This document shows, piece by piece, positions 18,494-27,988 of a stretch of DNA of 64,000 bases (position 1 is its first letter; every line of letters begins with the position of its first letter). Under the pieces are notes generated by a model that was not told the DNA's origin, ran no database searches, and was given only the letters and a program-made list of their open reading frames with translations. The stretch covers positions 1-64,000 of the forward strand of contig CAXXHA010000001.1 of assembly GCA_963662265.2 (NCBI GenBank), written 5' to 3'. The stretch comes from Spirochaetia bacterium (GTDB taxonomy: Bacteria > Spirochaetota > Spirochaetia > CADAEX01). Both the position numbers and the translations under genes were made by a program.

Positions 18494-20566
18494 ATGTTAT
18501 TACGGAATAAAATCCTTTCAGGGTTCGGGGCAGGAGCTCTCATCTGCCTCCTTGTCGGTGCAATAGCTATTATAATGAGCAGTATTTCCAACAATGTCAT
18601 CCATCAGGCCGAGGAAATGGCTGTCATGAAAAATGACTTAACAACAGCTATGAAGGCACATGTAGAATGGAAAAACAGTCTTCAGGAAGTTTTTGTCAAT
18701 AATGATGATAAAATTACTGCAGAGATGGACGGGCACAAGTGCGGTTTCGGTAAGTGGTTCTACGGTGGCGGACTTAAGCATTTGAGGGAGATCTGTCCCG
18801 ACTGTGCTGATGTTTTAAGCACTATTGAACAGAGCCATCTTGATCTTCATTCTTCAGCAAAAGAAATTTCATCATACTGGGTACCTAAACATATAGGGCT
18901 CTCTGAAAAGCTTGAATCAATTTTCTCAGGCCACAAAGACTGGGCGCTGAATGTATCCCAGGATATTTTAAACAACAGAAGGACAGACGCAGAAACAGAC
19001 CACACAAAATGCAGACTCGGAAAATACCTTGCAAGCGAGGAAAGCAGGAACCTTGAAAAGACCTGGCCTGAATATGCTGAAAATATCAATAAAATTAAGA
19101 TGTATCATGAAAATCTCCATAAATCGCTGATCGACATCAACAATGCAAGAACAGCTTCTGCAAGGAGAAATATATTCATAAACACAACACGGACTCTTCT
19201 GGATAATATTGGAGAGCATTTTCAGGAAATTATCGCGCTTGAAAGCAATATTGCAAAACAGAGTGATAAAGCCATTGATATTTTCAAGACTAAAACAGAT
19301 CCTCTTCTGCAGCAGGTCACACTCAAACTTGAGGAGACTTCAGAAGTAATCAATAGGGAATCTGACCGGCTAAATGCATATGCAGACAGTGTTATCAAGC
19401 AGCAGTCTGTGATCATAGGTATAGGAGTGGTTGCCGGTATAGTCATAGCAATAATACTTGGACTTCTGATAACAAGGAGTGTGATGAAGCAGCTGGGGGC
19501 AGATCCCTCGGTGATCAAGGATATTGCAGAAAAAATTGCAAACGGTGATCTGAGGATCCGTGTAGATGACAGAAAAGCTATCGGTGTTTTCAAATCAATG
19601 CAGATAATGGTTGAAAACCTGGTTGATATAATCCAGAACATATCAACCTCTGCAGACCAGGTCACATCGGGAAGTATTCAGATTTCAGATTCATCCCAGC
19701 AGATTTCCTCAGGAGCAAGCGAGCAGGCAGCAGGAACAGAAGAAGTATCAAGCAGCATGGAACAGCTTGCTTCAAATATCCAGCTCAACAGTGAAAATGC
19801 ATTGAAATCAAATGAAATTGCAAAATCTGTTGTAAAGAGAGCTGAAGAAGGTGGTAATGCGGTTAAAGAAACAACTGAAGCAATGAAAAACATCTCAGAA
19901 AAAATCGGCGTTATTGAAGATATAGCAAGAAATACAAATATGCTGGCTCTCAATGCAGCTATAGAAGCAGCCCGTGCCGGTGAATCTGGCAAGGGATTTT
20001 CAGTTGTTGCAGCAGAAGTCAGAAAACTGGCAGAAAACAGTCAGAACGCTGCATCAGAAATAACTGAAATATCAACATCAAGTCTTTCACGAGCACAGGA
20101 AGCACTGAGTGTTATTGAAAACCTTGTTCCTGAATTCAAAACAGTATCTGAACTTGTTGAAGATATAACAAGTGCAAGTGCAGAGCAGAATTCCGGGGCT
20201 GAGCAGATTAACAATGCAATTCTTCAGCTTGACAGCGTAATTCAGCAGAATGCTTCCTATTCTGAAGAAATGGCATCCATGGCGGAAGAGCTATCATCAC
20301 AGGCTGAATTAATGAACAGCACTATCGGGTTCTTCAAGGTCGGTAAAGAAACGGAAGAAAGCGGCAGGGAAAAAATACTGGAATTTGACAAATCAGACCA
20401 GGATCAGAAAAAACATCACCACCTGAATCTGAAAGAGCATCTTCATCTGAAAAATGCCCATCTTATGAAGCATAAGAAAGATACAGAAAAAACTGAAGAA
20501 ATTGATTATCAGGATGATTATGAAGAAAAAATGGCAGCATCTGACGACGGTTTCAACGAGTTCTGA
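18494..20566 (+). CDS. Methyl-accepting chemotaxis protein with two CZB-like domains between TM1 and TM2
   Basis: HVEWK...[10 protein letters not shown]...HLDLH and HKDW...[10 protein letters not shown]...HENLH; signalling motif [14 protein letters not shown]; C-terminal GFNEF. Confidence 0.92.
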   Translation: MLLRNKILSGFGAGALICLLVGAIAIIMSSISNNVIHQAEEMAVMKNDLTTAMKAHVEWKNSLQEVFVNNDDKITAEMDGHKCGFGKWFYGGGLKHLREICPDCADVLSTIEQSHLDLHSSAKEISSYWVPKHIGLSEKLESIFSGHKDWALNVSQDILNNRRTDAETDHTKCRLGKYLASEESRNLEKTWPEYAENINKIKMYHENLHKSLIDINNARTASARRNIFINTTRTLLDNIGEHFQEIIALESNIAKQSDKAIDIFKTKTDPLLQQVTLKLEETSEVINRESDRLNAYADSVIKQQSVIIGIGVVAGIVIAIILGLLITRSVMKQLGADPSVIKDIAEKIANGDLRIRVDDRKAIGVFKSMQIMVENLVDIIQNISTSADQVTSGSIQISDSSQQISSGASEQAAGTEEVSSSMEQLASNIQLNSENALKSNEIAKSVVKRAEEGGNAVKETTEAMKNISEKIGVIEDIARNTNMLALNAAIEAARAGESGKGFSVVAAEVRKLAENSQNAASEITEISTSSLSRAQEALSVIENLVPEFKTVSELVEDITSASAEQNSGAEQINNAILQLDSVIQQNASYSEEMASMAEELSSQAELMNSTIGFFKVGKETEESGREKILEFDKSDQDQKKHHHLNLKEHLHLKNAHLMKHKKDTEKTEEIDYQDDYEEKMAASDDGFNEF

Positions 20567-20942
20567 GAACTGCTCAAATAAATATTTGGCTGTACTACAG
20601 AATATAATATTAACAGATACTGCGTCTGTTTAATTAAAACAGGCACAGTATCTTCCGGAGGATATACTTTTTCAATATTTCCAATAACGCAACTACCTTG
20701 AGAGTATTAATGGAAACAGTATTTATCTATTAATAAATCACTTCAAAGTTGTCTGAGAATTATCTGCATCATGTTATTTACAGGCAGTTCATTTTGCTTT
20801 AAAAAAATAATACTTTAAACAAACTGATAAAGGTAAACCGGAAGCCTTAAAATTATCAGGAGAGAATCTTTCATATATATCACGGTAAATAACAATTCGT
20901 TTATAGACATCATATTTTTTTCTATGATAGGTTATTTACCAG

Positions 20943-21587
20943 ATGAAACAAATATTAAAAACAGTTTTAACAGCATTATTTTTATTATGTATTAATTTTT
21001 CTGCATACACACATCCTCATACTTTCATTGATTCAGAAATTGAATGTGAATTTGACTCTGCAGGATTCAGGGGTTTCTGGATTAACTGGACATTTGATCC
21101 GATGTTTACTGCTCAGCTTATAATGGATTACGACCTTGACAGAAACGGATCATTTTCTGAAAAAGAAATTGCTGATGTAGAAGAAAATGCATTTTCAAAC
21201 CTCATCAACTACAACTACTTTTCATATATAACAGAAAACAAGAAAACATTCAGGCCTGAAGAAGTATCAGACTTCAGCGCTGCAATAAAAGGTAAGGATG
21301 TTCATTACCGTTTTTTTGTACCATACACATCGTCTGCTAAAGAAAAGGGGAATAAAATTATTATTGCCATTTATGATGATACTTTTTTCTGCGACATAGC
21401 ATTGAAATCTTTTTCATTTATACAGGGCAAAAACACAGAACTGTATAATATCAGTCTTACAAAGAGAAAAAACAAAGAAAAGACAATAACATATGACAAC
21501 AGTTTTCAATCTGTTACACGGGACGGAGCTGTGTATTCCGGCTTTGTCAATCCTGATGAACTTTTAGTGGAATTTACAGAGAAATGA
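20943..21587 (+). CDS. DUF1007-family periplasmic protein
   Basis: Signal peptide followed by HPHTFID, WTFDPMF, EF-hand-like DLDRNG, YDDTFF. Confidence 0.85.
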   Translation: MKQILKTVLTALFLLCINFSAYTHPHTFIDSEIECEFDSAGFRGFWINWTFDPMFTAQLIMDYDLDRNGSFSEKEIADVEENAFSNLINYNYFSYITENKKTFRPEEVSDFSAAIKGKDVHYRFFVPYTSSAKEKGNKIIIAIYDDTFFCDIALKSFSFIQGKNTELYNISLTKRKNKEKTITYDNSFQSVTRDGAVYSGFVNPDELLVEFTEK

Positions 21588-22612
21588 GAAAAAAAATAAT
21601 ACTTTCAGTTCTGGCTTTATTACTTATATTAGGCGGATACGGATTCAGCCAGACAGGAAGCTCCAATCCGTTTTTCAACGGAACTGAAAACAGTTCAGCC
21701 TCAGGCAAAGTTCCTGTCAAAAATAATAATTTCATTGAAAAAATCACTCAGCTGCAGAAACAGGTTAATACAAACATTTCAGATGTAATAACAGATTACA
21801 GGACAGATAAAAATTTAAACCTGCTTTTTTATATCGCGGGATTTGCTTTTATCTACGGATTTATTCATGCAATGACACCGGGGCACGGCAAAAATATAAT
21901 ACTGGCATGGATGCTTACTTCGGAAAGAACATACATAAAAGTTCTTCTTACCTCAATCACAGGGATGTTCTTTCATGTATTCAACTCAATAATTATGGTC
22001 TACCTGATATGGTATATTATAAAGGGAAAAATCAGTATTCAGTCCCCTGTCTTCATAAAATACTTTTCAGTTGCAGCATGTGTAATACTCTGCGCAATGG
22101 CATTAAAAAGCCTGTTTGATCTTTTTCATTCCCCACATAAACACGACTCTGAAGCAGAACAGGTAAAAAGGCACTGTGAGATAAACAATCCTGATTTTAC
22201 AGATGAAAAAGAAACAGATCCTGATGAACATCAAAAAATCACATCTGGAAAACACCATCACGGGCATTCACATAATCTGGAAAAAATCAGCAGTACTACA
22301 TCTTTCAAAGAGTGTTTGATGATTGCACTTGGAATCGGAATGGTGCCCTGCCCTGTTGCAGCAATTCTTACAGTATTTATGATATCTGGAAAACTGTTTG
22401 CAGAAAGCATTCTCACTGCTGTTTTTTTCTACGCGGGAATGACCCTGACACTTCTTATTCACACAACTGTTGTATGGCTTCTGAGGTCCTTTATTTCCGG
22501 ATTAAAAAACAGACACCTGGTAAAAATAAGGGATTACGGACTTCCTGCTGCAGGCAGTATTCTCCTGATGCTTTCAGGTTTTCTGATAATCAGCCCGTAT
22601 ATAAATCTTTGA
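21584..22612 (+). CDS. Nickel/cobalt transporter (RcnA/NiCoT-related)
   Basis: YGFIHAMTPGHGK, His-rich loop HHHGHSH, GMVPCP. Confidence 0.88.
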   Translation: MRKKIILSVLALLLILGGYGFSQTGSSNPFFNGTENSSASGKVPVKNNNFIEKITQLQKQVNTNISDVITDYRTDKNLNLLFYIAGFAFIYGFIHAMTPGHGKNIILAWMLTSERTYIKVLLTSITGMFFHVFNSIIMVYLIWYIIKGKISIQSPVFIKYFSVAACVILCAMALKSLFDLFHSPHKHDSEAEQVKRHCEINNPDFTDEKETDPDEHQKITSGKHHHGHSHNLEKISSTTSFKECLMIALGIGMVPCPVAAILTVFMISGKLFAESILTAVFFYAGMTLTLLIHTTVVWLLRSFISGLKNRHLVKIRDYGLPAAGSILLMLSGFLIISPYINL

Positions 22613-22770
22613 CAGCTGTTTATATTTAAGAGCTCGCTCCTGAACAGATTAAAATGCAATAATAATCCCAGCTAAATCTTTTCAAATACACACCAGTTTA
22701 AGTATTATTGATCCTGTCTATGCTCATGCTCAACAATAAAGTTAATTTAAAACCATAATAATTTGATGTT

Positions 22771-22814
22771 AAAAAAAGCTGTCTGCATTATGACTTAATT
22801 CATGTACAGACAGC
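22771..22814 (-). terminator. Terminator of the feo operon
   Basis: GCTGTCTG...CAGACAGC stem followed by T7 on the minus strand. Confidence 0.65.
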
Positions 22815-22833
22815 CTGTTTATATACACTCAAA

Positions 22834-22983
22834 CTATAAGCAGCTGCAGCTGCCTTTTCCCCCGTTTTTTCCGCTATAGGGACAGCCAATACATTTTGTT
22901 CCTTTTCTTTTTTCTATAACAATTTTTCTTACTGACAATGTAATAATTCCAAGAAGTACAAGAATTACTGCAATATTAGCCAT
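22834..22983 (-). CDS. FeoB-associated Cys-rich membrane protein
   Basis: MANIAVILVLLGII TM segment followed by KCIGCPY...CSC; AGGAGG RBS; downstream of feoB. Confidence 0.88.
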   Translation of the reverse strand: MANIAVILVLLGIITLSVRKIVIEKRKGTKCIGCPYSGKNGGKGSCSCL

Positions 22984-23109
22984 AATTGCCTCCTTAATGA
23001 AAAAACAATGTTTTTTCATTATACATTTAACACTTGTTAATCGCTTTCGAGCACTTTCCTTTGGAAAGTCTCTGTCGCTTAATGAAAAAACAAAGTTTTT
23101 TCATTATTC

Positions 23110-25110
23110 CTATGCCGCTTTATTCATTTTAGCGGCTGCTTTTCGGTCCCCTTTTCTGACAAGTGAAACAACAAAGGCAATCATAAGAGCTACAGCAATA
23201 AGCCCTGCGGCAAATCCGCTGCTAAGCACACCTTCAGTAATAAGTGTTCCGATCTGGTATGTGAAGAATGCAACAATATATCCCATGCCGAACTGGAAAC
23301 CGATGCCTCCCCAGAGCCACTTTCTGTTTTCCATCTCCGAGTTCATTGCTCCGATTGCTGCAAAACAGGGAGGAGTAAACAGGTTGAACATAAGATAGGC
23401 AAGAGCTGAAGCAGCTGTAAGTCCCATTATACCTGCAACATCTGACTGTCCTGAGACAAGAGCAAGTTCTTCTGTATCAATAAAGTTTGTAATGCTGTAA
23501 ACAACAGCAAGTGTTCCTACAACGTTTTCCTTTGCAATAAACCCTGTGATTGCTGCGGCTGCAAGCTGCCATACTCCGAATCCGAGAGGAATAAGGAGGA
23601 AAGCGAAAGGAGATGCAATACTTGCAAGTATACTTGTTCCTTCTGCGCCTTCAGCAACTACCTGGAACTGCCAGTTGAATGTCTGCATTATCTGAACCGC
23701 GGCATTGCAGAGAAGTATTATAGTACCGGCTTTTACAATAAAGGCTTTAGCCCGTGATAACATTGAAACAGTTGCCCTTTTAATACTTGGAAACCTGTAT
23801 TCAGGAAGCTCCATTATAAAGAATGATCTTGCGTTTTTCTCGCCTGTAATTCTTACAACAACAAGAGCGCCCAGAATAATAATACCGATTCCGATAAAAT
23901 ACATTGAAGTTCCAACCCATGCAGCATCATTGAAGAATACTCCTGCAAAAAGAGCAATAACAGGAAGTTTCGCGCCGCATGGCATGAATGGAGTAAGCAT
24001 TGCAGTTGTTCTTCTCTGTCTTTCATTCTTGATTGTTCTTGTCGCCATTACGCCGGGAATAGCACAGCCGGTTCCTATAATCATTGGAATTATTGATTTC
24101 CCGGAGAGTCCCACTTTCTTGAAAAACCTGTCCATAACAACAGCAACTCTTGCCATATAACCGCAGTCTTCAAGAAGTGCGAGAAGGAAGAAAAGAACCA
24201 TAATCAGTGGAAGAAATCCCACAACAGCGCCTACACCGCCGATAATACCGTCAAGAAGAAGTGCGCTCAGTACCGGGGAGACACCTTCGCCGAGAAGCCC
24301 TTCCACAAATCCGTAGAAACTATCGATCCAGCCCACAAGAATATCTGCAACAACAGGACCGAGGTGTGTCTGTGATATTGAGAAAACTGCCCACATAACA
24401 GCTGCAAATACAGGAATACCAAGCCATTTATTGGCAAGAATCCTGTCAGCAGAATCTCCGGCTGTCTGCTCGCTGCTTTTACCTGCTTTAGACTCAACTT
24501 TGCTCACAACATCTTTTACAAAATCAAATCTCCTGATATCTGATGCTCTTACAGACTCGGCATTCTTTTTATCAACACCTTTGCTGTCAAATGGAGCAGC
24601 CTGTGAGCTTCCTTTAATCTCCACAGCTGCGGAAATAAGCTTATCAAGGCCATTGTTATTTGATTTTGTAGAAACTGTCTCAACAACCCGGCAGCCGAGA
24701 ATTTCAGACAGCCGAGAAATATCAATACTGCTGTTTTTCTTTACATTTAAATCACTCTTGTTAAGGGCAATAACAACCGGGATGTTTAATTCCAGAAGCT
24801 GAGTTGTGAAAAAAAGACTTCTGCTCAAATTTGTGGCATCCACTATGTTTATAATTACATCAGGATTTTCATTTTCAACAAAATTGCTTGTTATACTTTC
24901 TTCAGAAGTAAAAGGAGACATTGAATAAGCGCCGGGAAGGTCTACTGCCCTGATATCTGCGCCTGATTTATTCAGGTTTTTTTTGATATCTCCCTCTTTC
25001 TTTTCAATAGTTACTCCTGCCCAGTTTCCCACATGTTCAATTTTACCTGTAATAGCGTTGAACAGAGTGGTTTTCCCGCTGTTCGGGTTACCAGCTAGTG
25101 CGATTCTCAT
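23110..25110 (-). CDS. feoB: Ferrous iron transporter FeoB
   Basis: GNPNSGKT, VGNWAGVT, DLPG, NKSD, EDCGYMAR, PFMPCGAKLP. Confidence 0.97.
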   Translation of the reverse strand: MRIALAGNPNSGKTTLFNAITGKIEHVGNWAGVTIEKKEGDIKKNLNKSGADIRAVDLPGAYSMSPFTSEESITSNFVENENPDVIINIVDATNLSRSLFFTTQLLELNIPVVIALNKSDLNVKKNSSIDISRLSEILGCRVVETVSTKSNNNGLDKLISAAVEIKGSSQAAPFDSKGVDKKNAESVRASDIRRFDFVKDVVSKVESKAGKSSEQTAGDSADRILANKWLGIPVFAAVMWAVFSISQTHLGPVVADILVGWIDSFYGFVEGLLGEGVSPVLSALLLDGIIGGVGAVVGFLPLIMVLFFLLALLEDCGYMARVAVVMDRFFKKVGLSGKSIIPMIIGTGCAIPGVMATRTIKNERQRRTTAMLTPFMPCGAKLPVIALFAGVFFNDAAWVGTSMYFIGIGIIILGALVVVRITGEKNARSFFIMELPEYRFPSIKRATVSMLSRAKAFIVKAGTIILLCNAAVQIMQTFNWQFQVVAEGAEGTSILASIASPFAFLLIPLGFGVWQLAAAAITGFIAKENVVGTLAVVYSITNFIDTEELALVSGQSDVAGIMGLTAASALAYLMFNLFTPPCFAAIGAMNSEMENRKWLWGGIGFQFGMGYIVAFFTYQIGTLITEGVLSSGFAAGLIAVALMIAFVVSLVRKGDRKAAAKMNKAA

Positions 25111-25217
25111 CTTTCCTCCCGCTGCCTAACATATTAAGACAGCTATTATTGTGTTGCATTAGTCCTATTTAATTATACCGACCTAATTCAATAGGCAAAA
25201 AAAATGATACAGTTAAA

Positions 25218-25514
25218 CTATATCAGAACTGATCTTGCCAGATCCGTATCAATACTGTATCTTGCATCTTTAACAGAGATAACATAATTTTCTGCAAGAA
25301 CAGATAAAACTGTTACAGGTTCGCCTGTAAAACAGCCTAAAGTAAAAAGAAAATTTTTAAGTTCCTCGTCATCAGATGCGATATCTTTTATAATGTATTC
25401 CTGATTAATATCTGCTTCAGACAAATTCTTTACAGTATTTAAAGTGAATTTTTCCATATCTTCAAATGTAGTTATTCCTGTGCCTGGAAAAGTCTTTACT
25501 GCAGCATCAAACAT
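25218..25514 (-). CDS. feoA: FeoA-family protein
   Basis: FLFTLGCFTGEPVTV...VKDARYSID; AAGGAG RBS before ATG 25514 (start uncertain). Confidence 0.88.
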   Translation of the reverse strand: MFDAAVKTFPGTGITTFEDMEKFTLNTVKNLSEADINQEYIIKDIASDDEELKNFLFTLGCFTGEPVTVLSVLAENYVISVKDARYSIDTDLARSVLI

Positions 25515-25650
25515 ACTACTCTCCTTATTACTACTGTTAAAATACATTTATCTTTCCATCATTTTCATCATAATGCTGTACAGATAAAACCTGGTAAGGT
25601 TTATACTAAAACCAGATATGCAGGCTGCATGGCTACACAGCCCTCCATTA

Positions 25651-25704
25651 GTTACCCATATCTAACTTTATTTTGATAATATGCTGCAATTAGCGTAATG
25701 TCAA
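25651..25704 (-). promoter_or_regulatory. feoA promoter (TTGACA-17-TATTAT) with a GTTAG-N6-(C/G)TAAC box
   Basis: TGTCAA at 25699-25704, ATAATA at 25676-25681, box at 25651-25666. Confidence 0.65.
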
Positions 25705-25873
25705 TCAGAATACCCGTATATCGTTATATTATTTATTAAAAGATATACAATATTTTTTATTATTCAGCAGATTAAATAATTCTTTTTCTGCTGCTTCATT
25801 ACTCCAGTAAATCTTATATTATTGACAATACAGATATATAAAAGTACACTGTTCCTTAATAAGGGTATTAATC

Positions 25874-26488
25874 TTGCAGATAAAAAAAGATGAAGTCGAA
25901 AATGCAATAATCAGGGCAGCTGAAAAAGAGTTTATAGAAAAAGGCTATAAAAATGCTTCACTAAGATCCATCTCAAAGAAATCGGGAGTATCTCTCAGCA
26001 ATATCTATAACTATTTCAACAGCAAGGATAAACTTTATCAGCATATATTAAGCCCTCTTATCAGCAGCATAAACAATGTAAAAACATTCCTTAAAAATCA
26101 TTCTGAAGATGAAGAAACTTTTACAATGGACTTTCATCTCAAATTCCTTGAACCGGTTGTGGATTTTATCGACAGCAACAGGGACTTTTTAAAGATGCTC
26201 CTTATGAATTCCTACGGTTCATCCTATGAAAACTATTTCGATGATTTTACAGAATGGTACACAGACCTTTCAATCAGCGCTATGGAAAATATAAGCATTA
26301 AAAAAAGAGCGAAACCGGTCAGAATAAACAGATTTGTAGCACACAATCTTGTTGCGTTCTGGGTACAGTTTTTAAGGGAATCTCTGATGCATGATATCAA
26401 CAGAGAGGAACTTCTTGAATATGCAAAAGATCTGATGTCTTTCACATACAGCGGGTGGATGGGATTACTGGAAAACAGAGGGGAATAA
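25874..26488 (+). CDS. TetR/AcrR-family regulator
   Basis: GVSLSNIYNYFNSKD HTH; TTG start; TTGACA-17-TACACT upstream (25822-25850). Confidence 0.92.
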   Translation: MQIKKDEVENAIIRAAEKEFIEKGYKNASLRSISKKSGVSLSNIYNYFNSKDKLYQHILSPLISSINNVKTFLKNHSEDEETFTMDFHLKFLEPVVDFIDSNRDFLKMLLMNSYGSSYENYFDDFTEWYTDLSISAMENISIKKRAKPVRINRFVAHNLVAFWVQFLRESLMHDINREELLEYAKDLMSFTYSGWMGLLENRGE

Positions 26489-26655
26489 TATTTTTAACTT
26501 TTTAACGAACGTTGTTCTTTATTAGACATTTCCATCAATTCATATACAGGTTTTAACTGTAAAAACACAGTTCTGAACTATTAACATGAGGGAATTATTT
26601 TTCACAGATATAAAAACAGGATCTGATGATTCTTATTTAAATAAAGGAGGATATT

Positions 26656-27786
26656 TTGAAAAACAATCTATACATTATACTGCTTATTTTCATGATCTCA
26701 ACTGAAGCTATACAGGCTGTTGAAACCGGGGGATTTGCAGACTGCTATTTTTCAGGAAGGATAGAAAACGGGGATATAATCGGGGCAAGAACAAGACTGA
26801 GATATAATATTGAATCAGAAATGGATGAAAGCTATATATTTGCTTCTCTTAATATTTATGAAAATATGATTTCAGATGAACAGGCAGTTGATCTTCATGA
26901 AATATACATGGAGTATTCATCAGATCTATGGTCCATGAGGATCGGAAAACAGATACATATATGGGGAAAAGCAGACGGCATAAGAATAACAGATATAATA
27001 AACCCATGCGACTACAGCGAATACAATACTCTTGAACTCGATGATATGAGGATTCCTGTTGAGTCGGTAAAAATAAATTATTTTCCGGGAAATATGGATA
27101 TTGAACTTATATGGATCCCTGTCTTCAGAGAGAGTATATATCCTGAAAAAGACTCAGTATGGGATAACGGGAAAATTATCAGCAGCATCAATGCCCCTTC
27201 TGTAAAAACCAGTCTTGAAAACAGTGAAATAGGTTTCAGGATAATGTATTATCTTGCAGGTCTTGATGCGGCATTTTCAGCTTTCCATACAAGAGATGAT
27301 GACCCGGTATATAAATACAACACCCTGGATATTATAGGGCTCGAATTTTCAAAACCATTCGGATCTCTTGTACTCAGGAATGAAAACGCGTTTTATTTCA
27401 ACAAGCATTTTTACACTGAAACAGCAAATAAAAGCAGTGAGAATAAATACCTTAAAAATATGATTGGAGTTGACTGGTACGGGGACGGAGGCTTTACTGT
27501 ATTATTCCAGTATGGAACTGATTATATAATTGATTACTCTGACAACATAGCAGCAGATGAACTGAGACAGTATGCAACACTCAACATGAAGAAAAAGATG
27601 CTCAGGGACAACCTTGAGATTTCAAATATGGTCTATTTCAATATAACAGATAATGATGGGTATGACAGATTTTCCACAGAATATATGCTGACAGACAATT
27701 TCGGACTCACAGCTGGCACAGATATCTTTTTTGATACATTCAGTAAAAACAGGTCTGTCTGGGTAAAAGGAAAATACAGTTTTTAA
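26656..27786 (+). CDS. DUF1302-like outer-membrane beta-barrel protein
   Basis: Signal peptide; RIGKQIHIWGKADGIRITDIINP; C-terminal KYSF. Confidence 0.8.
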   Translation: MKNNLYIILLIFMISTEAIQAVETGGFADCYFSGRIENGDIIGARTRLRYNIESEMDESYIFASLNIYENMISDEQAVDLHEIYMEYSSDLWSMRIGKQIHIWGKADGIRITDIINPCDYSEYNTLELDDMRIPVESVKINYFPGNMDIELIWIPVFRESIYPEKDSVWDNGKIISSINAPSVKTSLENSEIGFRIMYYLAGLDAAFSAFHTRDDDPVYKYNTLDIIGLEFSKPFGSLVLRNENAFYFNKHFYTETANKSSENKYLKNMIGVDWYGDGGFTVLFQYGTDYIIDYSDNIAADELRQYATLNMKKKMLRDNLEISNMVYFNITDNDGYDRFSTEYMLTDNFGLTAGTDIFFDTFSKNRSVWVKGKYSF

Positions 27787-27837
27787 TAATGCAGAAAGGA
27801 ATCATCAGGATTATTCCGGCCATTATTCCAGATAAAC

Positions 27838-27886
27838 AATGTGCTTCTCCTGGAACTGTATAACTTGTTTCAGGAGAAAACACATT
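27838..27886. terminator. Hairpin between convergent genes, probable bidirectional terminator
   Basis: AATGTGCTTCTCCTG...CAGGAGAAAACACATT imperfect stem. Confidence 0.55.
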
Positions 27887-27988
27887 AAGATGGACACTGC
27901 TTTTTATTTGCAGCAGAATTTTTCATTTAAACTTTTTACGTTTCCAGTCTTTATACAGTATCATAATTAACCACATAATCTATCTCCG

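Noticed and set aside
27481-27492. Further GGGACGGAGG copies at 27481, about 7897 and about 9103
   Set aside because: They lie within coding sequence or overlap an RBS, so codon or Shine-Dalgarno content explains them
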